Of a stretch of DNA of 54,827 nucleotides, positions 11,143-19,996 are shown piece by piece. Both the position numbers and the translations under genes were made by a program. Origin of the DNA: a virus (taxonomy: Duplodnaviria > Caudoviricetes); IMG/VR virus record IMGVR_UViG_3300032282_002669, positions 1 to 54,827 of that record; one strand, written 5' to 3'. Numbering within the stretch: position 1 is the first letter of the stretch; each line of letters begins with the position of its first letter. A model generated the notes under the pieces. The model did no database searches, was not told the DNA's origin, and was given only the letters and a program-made list of their open reading frames with translations.

Positions 11143-11475
11143 ATGTCTTTTGTCAGAATCGATGATGTCCATTTGTATGGTGGCTTAACAGAAGATGCTG
11201 CTGATTGTTATCGTACTAAAAAATGGTTAAATGACAATAATATTCCATTTGTTCATCTATTTTATCAAGATGATAATCAATGTGCAGAAGTTATTGAAAC
11301 TGTTAATGGTTGGTTTGCTACACCAGAACAATCAACTGTTATTTCAAAAATGCCTTTTGTTGTTTACTGTGAAGTAGATAGTGATTTGCCAATTTCACAA
11401 TATCCAAGAAAAGTATTAGTTGGATACGATGAAATCACTAGCAAATTAAAAGACCTTTACACAGTAGGCAGATAA
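11143..11475 (+). CDS. Glutaredoxin/thioredoxin-fold-like small protein
   Basis: Good SD (AAAGGAG). DCYRTKKWLNDNNIPF and KMPFVV resemble a Grx helix and cis-Pro strand, but there is no CxxC. Confidence 0.45.
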   Translation: MSFVRIDDVHLYGGLTEDAADCYRTKKWLNDNNIPFVHLFYQDDNQCAEVIETVNGWFATPEQSTVISKMPFVVYCEVDSDLPISQYPRKVLVGYDEITSKLKDLYTVGR

Positions 11476-11476
11476 T

Positions 11477-13234
11477 ATGCCTATAGCATTCCGTACACTC
11501 AAACAGGGTGTAGTCAGTTCCGGTTCCAGGACTTTCAATAGTTCTGGAAACTTTCAAATTCCATTAGGTATAACAGAAGTTACAATATCCGGAACTGGTG
11601 CTAAAGGAGCTTCGGGTGCAAGAGGTAACACGGGAAATCCAGGAAATATTGGATCACCTGGAAATGCTGGAAATCCAGGAGTTGCAGGCACTGCTGGGCC
11701 AGCTGGTGCTGCCGGTACTGCGGGAGCTTTAGGTCAATCAGGAACTCCAGGTAATGCCGGGAATGCAGGAACAGCCGGTACCGGTGGTGCTGGTGGAAAT
11801 GGTGGAGCTGGTGGTCCTGGAGGTTCAAGAGGATATACTACACTTACAAATGCATCTTATTCATCTGGAGGCACAGCTGGTCTATATGTTCAACCAAATT
11901 CTGGTCCTGCTGTAGGAGGACCTGCAGCAACGGGTGGTGGTGGATCAGGCGGTGCAGGTGCAATCCACGGCATGATGAATCAAGGTTATGGCGCTACTGC
12001 AATTGGTTCTGTTAGTGGTAATGTTTTATATCCTAAATCTCCTAATATTGCAGCATCAACTTTCTCAGGAAACAATATGAGTGTTCCTGTTATGGGTGGT
12101 TTTGGTGGATCTGGTGGTTCTGCTGGAGGGGCTGGATCTCCTGGAAATGCTGGAACTCCAGGAAACGCAGGAACAGCTGGAACTCCAGGAAGTTATGTTG
12201 TTACTGGCGGTGCTGGCGGTGCAGCACCAACATCATGGTCGGGTCAAAATGCTGTGGCAGGAAATACTGGCACAATAGGCAATTCAGGAACTTCAGGCAA
12301 CTCAGGAAACACAGGTGCAACCGGAACTCCAGGAAACATATCTTATTTTGGTTCAGTTAACACTCAAACATTCAATGGTGGTGCAGGTGGTTTAGGTGGA
12401 GCAGGAAGTCCTGGTGGTGTAGCAGGACCTGGTGGCGCAGCTGGTAATGCTGGTGCCTCAGGAAATCCAGGAAATGTTGGAACTGCTGGTAATCCAGGAA
12501 ATTCTGGAACAAATGGCAACGCAGGAAATGCAGGAGCTGCTGGTGCTGGAAATCCAGGTTCGGCTGGTAATACTGGAGGTGCGGGTGGCGGCGGTGGTGG
12601 CGGTGCTGCAGCTGTATGGTCTGGAACCGATAATTCTACTTTTGTATCTCCTGTAGGAAATAATCCAGGAAACTTTCAAGCAGCTTCAAGTACCATGAGT
12701 GCGGTTACACCTTGGTATAACAATGCTAGATATAATTCTGGTACAGGTAATGCTGGTAATGGCGGATCTGGTTCTGGAAATAATTCAGGTTATGGAACCG
12801 GTGGTTCTTCAGGTACATCAGGCTTTGCGTACTCTCCTTATTTGATTAATGATTATACTGGAATGTCCATAGTGGGTTCAGCCGGAAGTTCTGGAAATCC
12901 AGGCTCAGTAGGCAATACTGGTGCGAATGGAAACTCCTCAGCTGGTGGCGCAGGTAATCCAGGAAATTCAGGCACAACTGGTAATCCAGGAAATGCTGGT
13001 TCTGTTGGCGTTGCTGGTACGGGTGCAACTTCTGGTGGTCCTGGAGGATCTGCACCAGTAACTTGGTCTGGTAAAGATGCAAGTCTTGGAGTTCTTGGGG
13101 CTTCAGGAGATGCTGGAGAAATTAAAACTTATAATGCAGTATCAGTAAATTCTAGAGGAATATATCCTGTTTCTATAGGAACAGGAGCAAATCCAGGATC
13201 AATTACAGTAGCTTGGAATAGAACTATTAAATAA
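11477..13234 (+). CDS. Collagen-like / Gly-X-Y-rich virion protein
   Basis: Long Gly-X-Y tracts (GNTGNPGNIGSPGNAGNPGVAGTAGPAG...) between an N-terminal TFNSSGNFQIPLGITEV segment and a C-terminal GSITVAW segment. Confidence 0.8.
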   Translation: MPIAFRTLKQGVVSSGSRTFNSSGNFQIPLGITEVTISGTGAKGASGARGNTGNPGNIGSPGNAGNPGVAGTAGPAGAAGTAGALGQSGTPGNAGNAGTAGTGGAGGNGGAGGPGGSRGYTTLTNASYSSGGTAGLYVQPNSGPAVGGPAATGGGGSGGAGAIHGMMNQGYGATAIGSVSGNVLYPKSPNIAASTFSGNNMSVPVMGGFGGSGGSAGGAGSPGNAGTPGNAGTAGTPGSYVVTGGAGGAAPTSWSGQNAVAGNTGTIGNSGTSGNSGNTGATGTPGNISYFGSVNTQTFNGGAGGLGGAGSPGGVAGPGGAAGNAGASGNPGNVGTAGNPGNSGTNGNAGNAGAAGAGNPGSAGNTGGAGGGGGGGAAAVWSGTDNSTFVSPVGNNPGNFQAASSTMSAVTPWYNNARYNSGTGNAGNGGSGSGNNSGYGTGGSSGTSGFAYSPYLINDYTGMSIVGSAGSSGNPGSVGNTGANGNSSAGGAGNPGNSGTTGNPGNAGSVGVAGTGATSGGPGGSAPVTWSGKDASLGVLGASGDAGEIKTYNAVSVNSRGIYPVSIGTGANPGSITVAWNRTIK

Positions 13235-13253
13235 TTTTTGAAAGTGAGTTGTT

Positions 13254-13850
13254 ATGTTATATCAAATATCTCCAACACCAACGTTGGGTTTGACTGAACA
13301 TGAATTTGTATCTTGGAATGATGGGTTTACTGAAGAAGAAGTTAATAGAATTATTGATTATGCCGACACTTTAGAAAAACAACACTCTAAAGTAGACAAA
13401 GGAGATTTATCTCCTAAAAAAATTCGAATTAGTGAAATTGCTTGGATGTTTCCAGATAATGATACAAAATGGATATATGATAAGTTATCTTGGATATTGA
13501 GGCAATTAAATGCACAATTCTATAGATTTAATATAACAGGATTTGATGAACCATTACAATACACTATCTATAATGGTAGTGAAGAAGAAGGTGGTCACTA
13601 TACTTGGCATAGAGATACTGGTGGAGATGCGCCAAGAAAGTTATCCATAGTCATGCAGTTGAGTGACCAAAGTGAGTATGAGGGTGGAGATTTAGAAATT
13701 TTGAATGCCAATGGTGGTATATTAAAAGTTGATAAGAAAAAAGGTTTTATTGTAATGTTTCCATCTTATGCAACACATAGAGTTACGCCAGTTACCTCAG
13801 GCATTAGAAGAAGTTTAGTGGTTTGGGCTTCAGGTCCAGCATTTGTATAG
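13254..13850 (+). CDS. 2OG-Fe(II) oxygenase, prolyl 4-hydroxylase/PKHD type
   Basis: HYTWHRD (HxD), RKLS, YEGGDL, FPSYATHRVTPVTSGIRRSLVVW (distal His plus 2OG-binding Arg). Confidence 0.9.
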   Translation: MLYQISPTPTLGLTEHEFVSWNDGFTEEEVNRIIDYADTLEKQHSKVDKGDLSPKKIRISEIAWMFPDNDTKWIYDKLSWILRQLNAQFYRFNITGFDEPLQYTIYNGSEEEGGHYTWHRDTGGDAPRKLSIVMQLSDQSEYEGGDLEILNANGGILKVDKKKGFIVMFPSYATHRVTPVTSGIRRSLVVWASGPAFV

Positions 13851-13851
13851 C

Positions 13852-13858
13852 CTAAATA
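13852..13858 (+). promoter_or_regulatory. Late promoter variant (CTAAATA)
   Basis: Intergenic TAAATA core upstream of 13885. The same variant occurs at 14682-14688 and 44988-44994. Confidence 0.45.
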
Positions 13859-13884
13859 AAATAGATAAAAACAATTAGAATAAT

Positions 13885-14223
13885 ATGCCAGCAGCCTATT
13901 CCAACCTATACATCGAACAAGGAACATCATTTTCTACTACAGTTACAGTAGATGATGTCTATGGAGATGTCTATGATTTGTCTAATTATACTGCTAGAAG
14001 TCAAATTCGTAAGTCTTATTACTCAGCCAATACTACGGCAGTATTTACTACTTCAGTTAATTCTGGTCAAGGATCAATTACTCTAAGTCTATCAGCAGCG
14101 GTGACGGCAAACATTGCCCCAGGTCGTTATGTATACGATACTACAATCACCGGCATATACAATCGTGAAGTTACAAGAATATTAGAAGGTGTTGTGGAAA
14201 TTTCACCATCAGTCACAAGGTAA
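13885..14223 (+). CDS. Conserved T4-like virion protein (fibre-attachment-type beta domain)
   Basis: NLYIEQGTSF...DLSNYTARSQIRKSY...GRYVYD...TRILEGVVEISPSVTR, a motif set common in large T4-like phages. Confidence 0.7.
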   Translation: MPAAYSNLYIEQGTSFSTTVTVDDVYGDVYDLSNYTARSQIRKSYYSANTTAVFTTSVNSGQGSITLSLSAAVTANIAPGRYVYDTTITGIYNREVTRILEGVVEISPSVTR

Positions 14224-14226
14224 AAA

Positions 14227-14448
14227 ATGACAACTCAGACCATAGGTACAGTAAGAGTTCAAGTAGGTACAACAGGTAATCCAAAAGTTAGATCAATTAA
14301 CTATGGAACAACTTCATTAAAAGGCGCTTCTGATGTAGACATTAGAGGCGCAGAGGACGGAGAAGTATTGGTTTACAGAGCTGCAACAGATTCATTTGTA
14401 GTTGCGCCAGTCACAGCTGTTGCTGGTCTAGATGCGGGAACATTTTAA
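14227..14448 (+). CDS. Small virion protein ending in DAGTF
   Basis: 73 aa; SLKGASDVD...DGEVLVY fibre-like motif; coupled to neighbours. Confidence 0.65.
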   Translation: MTTQTIGTVRVQVGTTGNPKVRSINYGTTSLKGASDVDIRGAEDGEVLVYRAATDSFVVAPVTAVAGLDAGTF

Positions 14449-14685
14449 GTGGCAAATACTTCAATACAAATACTAAGGTCGTATGCAAATACGAAACCAA
14501 CAACACTAAATGATGGTGAAATGGCCTATTCTTTTTTGGCCAACACACTTTATATTGGTGACCAAACTGGTCAAGTTATTCGTATTGGTGCATTAACCAC
14601 AACAGAAAATGCAGCAAACACAGTAGTTTTAAGAGATTCAAGTGGTAATATAAATGTTGCCACCGTAGACGGTGGAAATTTCTAA
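14449..14685 (+). CDS. Small fibre-connector protein (GELA-type N-terminal domain)
   Basis: GTG start directly after the TAA. IQILRS...PTTLNDGEMAYS is paralogous to the 14733 and 17064 N-termini; ends in DGGNF. Confidence 0.65.
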   Translation: MANTSIQILRSYANTKPTTLNDGEMAYSFLANTLYIGDQTGQVIRIGALTTTENAANTVVLRDSSGNINVATVDGGNF

Positions 14686-14732
14686 ATAGTAGTAGTAAGT
14701 AATTATTAGCAGCCTCATAATAAGGATAACAA

Positions 14733-16415
14733 ATGGCAAATACAAATATTTTAATTAAGCGCTCGTCAAGCACACGCCAGCCTAGTTCGCTAGCTGCCGG
14801 TGAATTAGCGTATTCATACCAATCAAATACATTATTCTTAGGTAATGCGGCTGGTAATGGTGTCATCAACGTTGGTGGTGTATATTATACTCAATCAATT
14901 GACAATGCAACTTCTGCTGCTACTCCAGGCACAATCGTTAGACGAGATGCTTCGGGTAACGCAACTTTCCAAAACATTACTGTTAATGGATTCATTTCTG
15001 GTACAATTGACGGTGTTGCAAACGCTGCCGTCTATCTAAGAGATTCACAAAACTTTAGTGTTTCTGGTGGTGACATCTCTGCTACGGCCGTATCATTTAA
15101 CGGTACAGGTCCTGTTACTTTAAATGCATCACTTAACAGTATTGCTGGTTTAAGTGCTGGTACATACGGATCTTCTACTGCAATTCCAGTTTTAAATATT
15201 GCTGCAAATGGTCGTATCACTGGTGTTTCAACTCAATCTATCTCTACTCAATTTACTTTAACCGGCGACACCGGCAATACAACCATTTCTGGTGGTGATA
15301 CACTCGCTGTTGTTGGTGGTGCTGGTATAACAAGTGTTGTTTCTGGTGACCAAGTAACTCTTGATGTAGACAATACTGTTGTTCGTTCTAATACAGCAAT
15401 TACAAGTCAAACTATTGATGGTTCTTTAACTATTGCTGGTAACTTAACAGTCCAAGGCACACAAACAACAGTTAACACATATACATTAAACGTTGCCGAT
15501 CCATTAATTATTTTAGCGGCAAATAATGCTAGTGATGCTATTGATATTGGTTTTGCTGGTCACTATAATGATGGTGCTACCGATAGACATACTGGTTTCT
15601 TCCGTGACGCTGGTACAAAAGAATACTATGTATTTGATGGATATACTCCTGAGTTATATTCTAATAATAGTATTGATGTTGCAGCTGCAAGTTTCCACAA
15701 AGCAAACTTGAATGCTGGATATGCTAAAGTAGATGGTATTTTCTCAAATGGTATCAATTTAGATACTCGTATTCAAAACATCTATAATTCTGCCAATACA
15801 AATGCTTCTGATATTACAATCATTCAAGGTGTTAATACAACACAGAATACTCGTATTACTGCTGTAGATAGTTTTGCTCAAGGCGCTTACAACAAGGCAA
15901 ACAATTCAGTACAAGCTTCAAGCAATCTTACTTTTGGCCAATTGGTTGTTGCTGATGGTAATACATCATTAAAGAGCCTTGCTAATAGTTCTTATACATT
16001 AACAGGTACACTTGGTGCTAGCAAAACAATTACATCATTTACTGTTGATGCATATGGTCGTGTAACTGCTGCAACTGCTGGTAACATTGCAATTAGTTCT
16101 TCTGCTGTTTCTGGTTTGGCTGCTGTTGCTACCTCCGGCAACTATAGTGATTTAAGTGGTGCACCAAGTTTAGCATCGATAGCTACTTCAGGTTCCGGTT
16201 CAGATATTACCACAGGTACTGTTGCAGTATCTTACGGTGGTACTGGTCGAAATACATTTACCACTAATGGTTTGGTATTTGGTAATTCTACTGATGGTTT
16301 ATTGGTTACTGCTTCTGCAGGTACTTCAGACCAGACATTCAGTAATCAAATTCTTACTGTTACCAACGCTGGTGTGCCAGTATGGTCAAGTGCTCTTGAC
16401 GGAGGCACATTCTAA
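14733..16415 (+). CDS. Tail fibre protein
   Basis: N-terminal ILIKRSS...PSSLAAGELAYS resembles T4 long-tail-fibre subunit N-termini. Contains the DIGFAGHYNDG...KEYYVFDGYTPE domain and TVDAYGRVTAA; ends in DGGTF. SD TAAGGA. Confidence 0.75.
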   Translation: MANTNILIKRSSSTRQPSSLAAGELAYSYQSNTLFLGNAAGNGVINVGGVYYTQSIDNATSAATPGTIVRRDASGNATFQNITVNGFISGTIDGVANAAVYLRDSQNFSVSGGDISATAVSFNGTGPVTLNASLNSIAGLSAGTYGSSTAIPVLNIAANGRITGVSTQSISTQFTLTGDTGNTTISGGDTLAVVGGAGITSVVSGDQVTLDVDNTVVRSNTAITSQTIDGSLTIAGNLTVQGTQTTVNTYTLNVADPLIILAANNASDAIDIGFAGHYNDGATDRHTGFFRDAGTKEYYVFDGYTPELYSNNSIDVAAASFHKANLNAGYAKVDGIFSNGINLDTRIQNIYNSANTNASDITIIQGVNTTQNTRITAVDSFAQGAYNKANNSVQASSNLTFGQLVVADGNTSLKSLANSSYTLTGTLGASKTITSFTVDAYGRVTAATAGNIAISSSAVSGLAAVATSGNYSDLSGAPSLASIATSGSGSDITTGTVAVSYGGTGRNTFTTNGLVFGNSTDGLLVTASAGTSDQTFSNQILTVTNAGVPVWSSALDGGTF

Positions 16416-16452
16416 GTAATACTATATAATTTTTTATAATAGGGAGTTTGAA

Positions 16453-17058
16453 ATGGGTAATGAAAAGTTTGTTAATTATTATATTGAGGGGTTGATTTCT
16501 ACACTAAATGATTGTTTGATAAGAAACATTTCATTACAAGCGACTGATAGAATTAGTAAAGAAATAATTGAGAGTCATTCTAAAAAGATTGAAAGTTTAA
16601 ATGGTTCTATTGATGCTCTACAAGTTGACTTAGAAAATTCTAAGAAACAACAATCTGATTCTGATAATCAACGTTATCAGAATTTAGAGAACAGCATCAA
16701 AGACCATTTAAACACAATCGCTAAATTGAATGGTGAAGTTTCTCAATTAAATACAATGAAAAATGAATATGAAAATGTTAAACATCAGGTACAACATGTA
16801 GACACTTTCAGAACCGAGTTAAACAAAACTCGGGAAGAATTAAACAATGTTCGTAACGAATATGAAAAAAAGATTATTGACTTAAACAGTTCATATGAGT
16901 TGCAGATTAAAGAACTAAATGAAAAAATTGACTATTTACAATTAACTCCTGCCAGAAGAAAAAAAATTGAGGAAGTGAAAAAGGAAACTACCGACACACC
17001 AACTATTGATGTGTTTAGTAGTTCAGAAGAAATTCTCAAAGACGGCGGAAGTTTCTAA
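16453..17058 (+). CDS. Coiled-coil hypothetical protein ending in DGGSF
   Basis: 201 aa, E/K/N/L-rich heptads; SD AGGGAG. Confidence 0.7.
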   Translation: MGNEKFVNYYIEGLISTLNDCLIRNISLQATDRISKEIIESHSKKIESLNGSIDALQVDLENSKKQQSDSDNQRYQNLENSIKDHLNTIAKLNGEVSQLNTMKNEYENVKHQVQHVDTFRTELNKTREELNNVRNEYEKKIIDLNSSYELQIKELNEKIDYLQLTPARRKKIEEVKKETTDTPTIDVFSSSEEILKDGGSF

Positions 17059-17063
17059 GGTAA

Positions 17064-17555
17064 ATGGCAAATACAACAGTACGGTTAAAAAAATCAGGTG
17101 TAACAGGTAATGTACCAGACTCACTAGTTTATGGTGAGCTGGCGATTAACTACGCTGATGGTAAACTGTTTTATCGTCATGCAAACAATACTGTTGCTAG
17201 TATTTCTACTGGCTCAACAACAGATTCGTTTGCAACCATCAATGCTAATTCTTCTTTAATATTAGCATCTTCTCCACAAGATACTCTGTCTATTATTCCT
17301 GGTAATAATATTACCATATCGACAGATACATTCAATAAAACAATCACAATTAATTCTACTGCCTCAGGTGGTGGAAATTCTGTTGATGATTATGCTAGAG
17401 ATAAAGCAAACTCGGCTAATGTTCTTGCACAAGCCGCATTTGATAAAGCAAATACTGGAGTAGGCACTTATACAATTACTGGCGCTCAATATGTTGATTA
17501 TGGTTGGGTACCTCAAACACCAGGTCCAATATTATTCGATTATGGAACGCTATAA
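17064..17555 (+). CDS. Short fibre/connector protein
   Basis: VRLKKSG...PDSLVYGELAINYADGKLFY N-terminus; AQAAFDKAN module; ends in DYGTL. Confidence 0.7.
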   Translation: MANTTVRLKKSGVTGNVPDSLVYGELAINYADGKLFYRHANNTVASISTGSTTDSFATINANSSLILASSPQDTLSIIPGNNITISTDTFNKTITINSTASGGGNSVDDYARDKANSANVLAQAAFDKANTGVGTYTITGAQYVDYGWVPQTPGPILFDYGTL

Positions 17556-17558
17556 ATA
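17551..17558 (+). promoter_or_regulatory. T4 late promoter TATAAATA
   Basis: Exact consensus upstream of 17582. Confidence 0.7.
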
Positions 17559-17581
17559 ACACTATATAATTTGGAAAAAAT

Positions 17582-19645
17582 ATGGCAGCTAATAATTCTA
17601 CTATAGTTCAAATCCGTAGAGGTACTACGGCACAAACAGCATCATTTACTGGTGCTTTAGCCGAACTCACGGTAGATACCGACCAAAAGACTATTGTAGT
17701 CCATGATGGTGTAACTCCAGGCGGTTCTACTTTAGCAACCAAAGCATTTGCTCAAGCGGCTTTCAATGCTGCTAATACTGCAACAGGCACCGTTGGTCAA
17801 TTAGCGTTTGATAAGGCAAACTCTGCCAATGTTTTAGCACAAGCAGCCTTCAATGCAGCCAATACAGCTGCAGGTTCAGTTGGATATTTGGCATTTGCCA
17901 AAGCAAACGGTGCATATGACCAAGCCAATACGGCAACAACACTTGCTCAAGCAGCCTTCAATGCAGCCAATACAGCTGCAGGTTCAGTTGGTTATCTTGC
18001 GTTTGATAAAGCCAATGCAGCCTATGACTTTGCAAATACGATTGCACTTGGTGCCATTGCTAATGTTGCATTAACACATTCCAATACTGCTTCTGGTGCT
18101 ATACCAGCAGTTAATACTTTAAAAGCTGGTGAACCATCTATCAATCTTAATGATGGTAGAATGTTTATTCAGTTAAACAATGGACAAGTAATTGATATTT
18201 CTTCTACTGCTGTTGGTAATACATGGCATGTGGCAACAAATGGTAATGATAACTTTAAAGGTGATACACCTAGTTCTGCTAAAGCATCTATTCGTGCCGC
18301 TGTTGCAGCTGCACAACCAGGTGATTCAGTTATTGTACACTCAGGAACATATAATGAAATTACTCCAATTATTATTCCACAGAATGTTCAAGTACAAGGT
18401 TCTGGTGAAAGAACTTGTTTAGTCAGACCCACTACATCATCAAACAATATTTTCTATGTAAACAATAATAGTTATGTAACTGGATTTAAATTTGTAGATT
18501 ATACTGGTGTTGCTATTTCTTTCCCAACTAGAGTGTTGGAAACTGGTACTGCACAAGCTGGCGGTACAAATACAATCACATTAAATTCTGGTGCCTCAAC
18601 ATACACAGACTACTATAAGAGTATGACTGTTAGTATTACAAGTGGTACCGGTTCAGGTCAATCAGCCAATGTAATCTCATACAATGGTACAACTAAAGTT
18701 GCCACAGTTGATGCAAATTGGGGAACACAACCAACCAGTTCTTCTGTTTACTCTTTAGGTATTCCACTCAGAACAGTACCTGCATCTTCCTCTTCTAGAT
18801 ATACCACATACATTACCGGTAGTCCATACATCTATAACAGTTCTTCAGTAACAACTACAGGAACAGGCATCAGGATTGACGGAGATTTGGCGACAGGCAA
18901 CAAGAGTATTATCTCTGCACAATTCACTCAGGTTAATTCTGGTGGTACTGGTGTGCATGTATTAAACGATGGTTACTCTCAGTTAGTTTCCATATATGGT
19001 ATTTTCTGTGATACGGCATTCTTAGCCGAATCTGGTGGTACCGCTTCAATGGGTAACTGTAACGTAAACTTTGGTAACCGTGGATTGGTTGCCAATGGTA
19101 AAGGTAAACTTGCCATGACTGCTACTGTGGCAAATACAAGTCCACAAGCTTCTTTAACAATGGACCTAAATACAGTAGTAGCAAATAGTTCTTTGGGTAT
19201 AACTGCAACAATACCATATGTTGGTATGATTATGATAATTGATACAGAACCACAAAACTATTATACGGTTACTGAAGCAACTACATTGGCTGGAGGTTCT
19301 ACAACAGTAACTTTCCAATCATCAATTGCAAATACAATTACTAGTGGTACAAATGTTAAATTCTACCAACAAAGTCAGTTGAGAGCTTCAGGTCAAACTT
19401 TTGAATATGTTGGTGCAGGTACATCTGTTGCGGCTATTCCAAAATTTGGTGGTATTGCAAACTCTGCTGCTCAAATTGTTACAATTGGGGAAGGTGCGGT
19501 GTTTGCAACTGCAACTGACCAAAGTGGTAACTTTAGTGTTTCTGATTTGACTATTAATCAGTCAACATCAACAATTACAGGAAGAACTTTTTCTAAGAGT
19601 CTTTTTGCTGAAATGACTCCTTACATACTTGCTCTAGAAAGTTAA
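17582..19645 (+). CDS. Tail fibre/spike with Mtd_N-like N-terminus and beta-helix-type domain
   Basis: VQIRRGTTAQ...ELTVDTD...VVHDGVTPGG (major tropism determinant N-terminal type); WHVATNGND...SIRAAVAAAQPGDSVIVHSGTYNE (pectin-lyase-like entry motif). Confidence 0.7.
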   Translation: MAANNSTIVQIRRGTTAQTASFTGALAELTVDTDQKTIVVHDGVTPGGSTLATKAFAQAAFNAANTATGTVGQLAFDKANSANVLAQAAFNAANTAAGSVGYLAFAKANGAYDQANTATTLAQAAFNAANTAAGSVGYLAFDKANAAYDFANTIALGAIANVALTHSNTASGAIPAVNTLKAGEPSINLNDGRMFIQLNNGQVIDISSTAVGNTWHVATNGNDNFKGDTPSSAKASIRAAVAAAQPGDSVIVHSGTYNEITPIIIPQNVQVQGSGERTCLVRPTTSSNNIFYVNNNSYVTGFKFVDYTGVAISFPTRVLETGTAQAGGTNTITLNSGASTYTDYYKSMTVSITSGTGSGQSANVISYNGTTKVATVDANWGTQPTSSSVYSLGIPLRTVPASSSSRYTTYITGSPYIYNSSSVTTTGTGIRIDGDLATGNKSIISAQFTQVNSGGTGVHVLNDGYSQLVSIYGIFCDTAFLAESGGTASMGNCNVNFGNRGLVANGKGKLAMTATVANTSPQASLTMDLNTVVANSSLGITATIPYVGMIMIIDTEPQNYYTVTEATTLAGGSTTVTFQSSIANTITSGTNVKFYQQSQLRASGQTFEYVGAGTSVAAIPKFGGIANSAAQIVTIGEGAVFATATDQSGNFSVSDLTINQSTSTITGRTFSKSLFAEMTPYILALES
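17840..17991 (+). repeat. 44-bp exact direct repeat (17840-17883 and 17948-17991) in fibre shaft
   Basis: CAAGCAGCCTTCAATGCAGCCAATACAGCTGCAGGTTCAGTTGG read twice. Confidence 0.85.
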
Positions 19646-19649
19646 TAAA

Positions 19650-19988
19650 ATGGCACAAATTCCATTAAATACATTTAAAACAACAACATTCAATGTTACA
19701 ACATCAGACTCTACTGTGTATACTACTCCTGCTGGAGTAACAACAGTAGTTTTGTTGGCACAAGTTTCTAACATTCACGCAACTGATTCTGTAACCATTT
19801 CTGCAAATCATGTGAGAGGTAGCAATACAACTTCTATTATTAAGAACACAACAATACCAGTTAATGATGCTGCAACACTTTTAACTGGTAAATTAATTCT
19901 TCAAGCAGGTGATTCATTTACTGTTAGTGGTAGTGCAAATAGTAAGGGTCAAATGTTATTGTCTTACCTCGAAACCGCTAACGCTTAA
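19650..19988 (+). CDS. Small beta-rich virion adaptor protein
   Basis: LNTFKT...VYTTPAG.TTVVL...GKLILQAGD; resembles 45654-46028. Confidence 0.65.
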   Translation: MAQIPLNTFKTTTFNVTTSDSTVYTTPAGVTTVVLLAQVSNIHATDSVTISANHVRGSNTTSIIKNTTIPVNDAATLLTGKLILQAGDSFTVSGSANSKGQMLLSYLETANA

Positions 19989-19996
19989 TATAAAAT

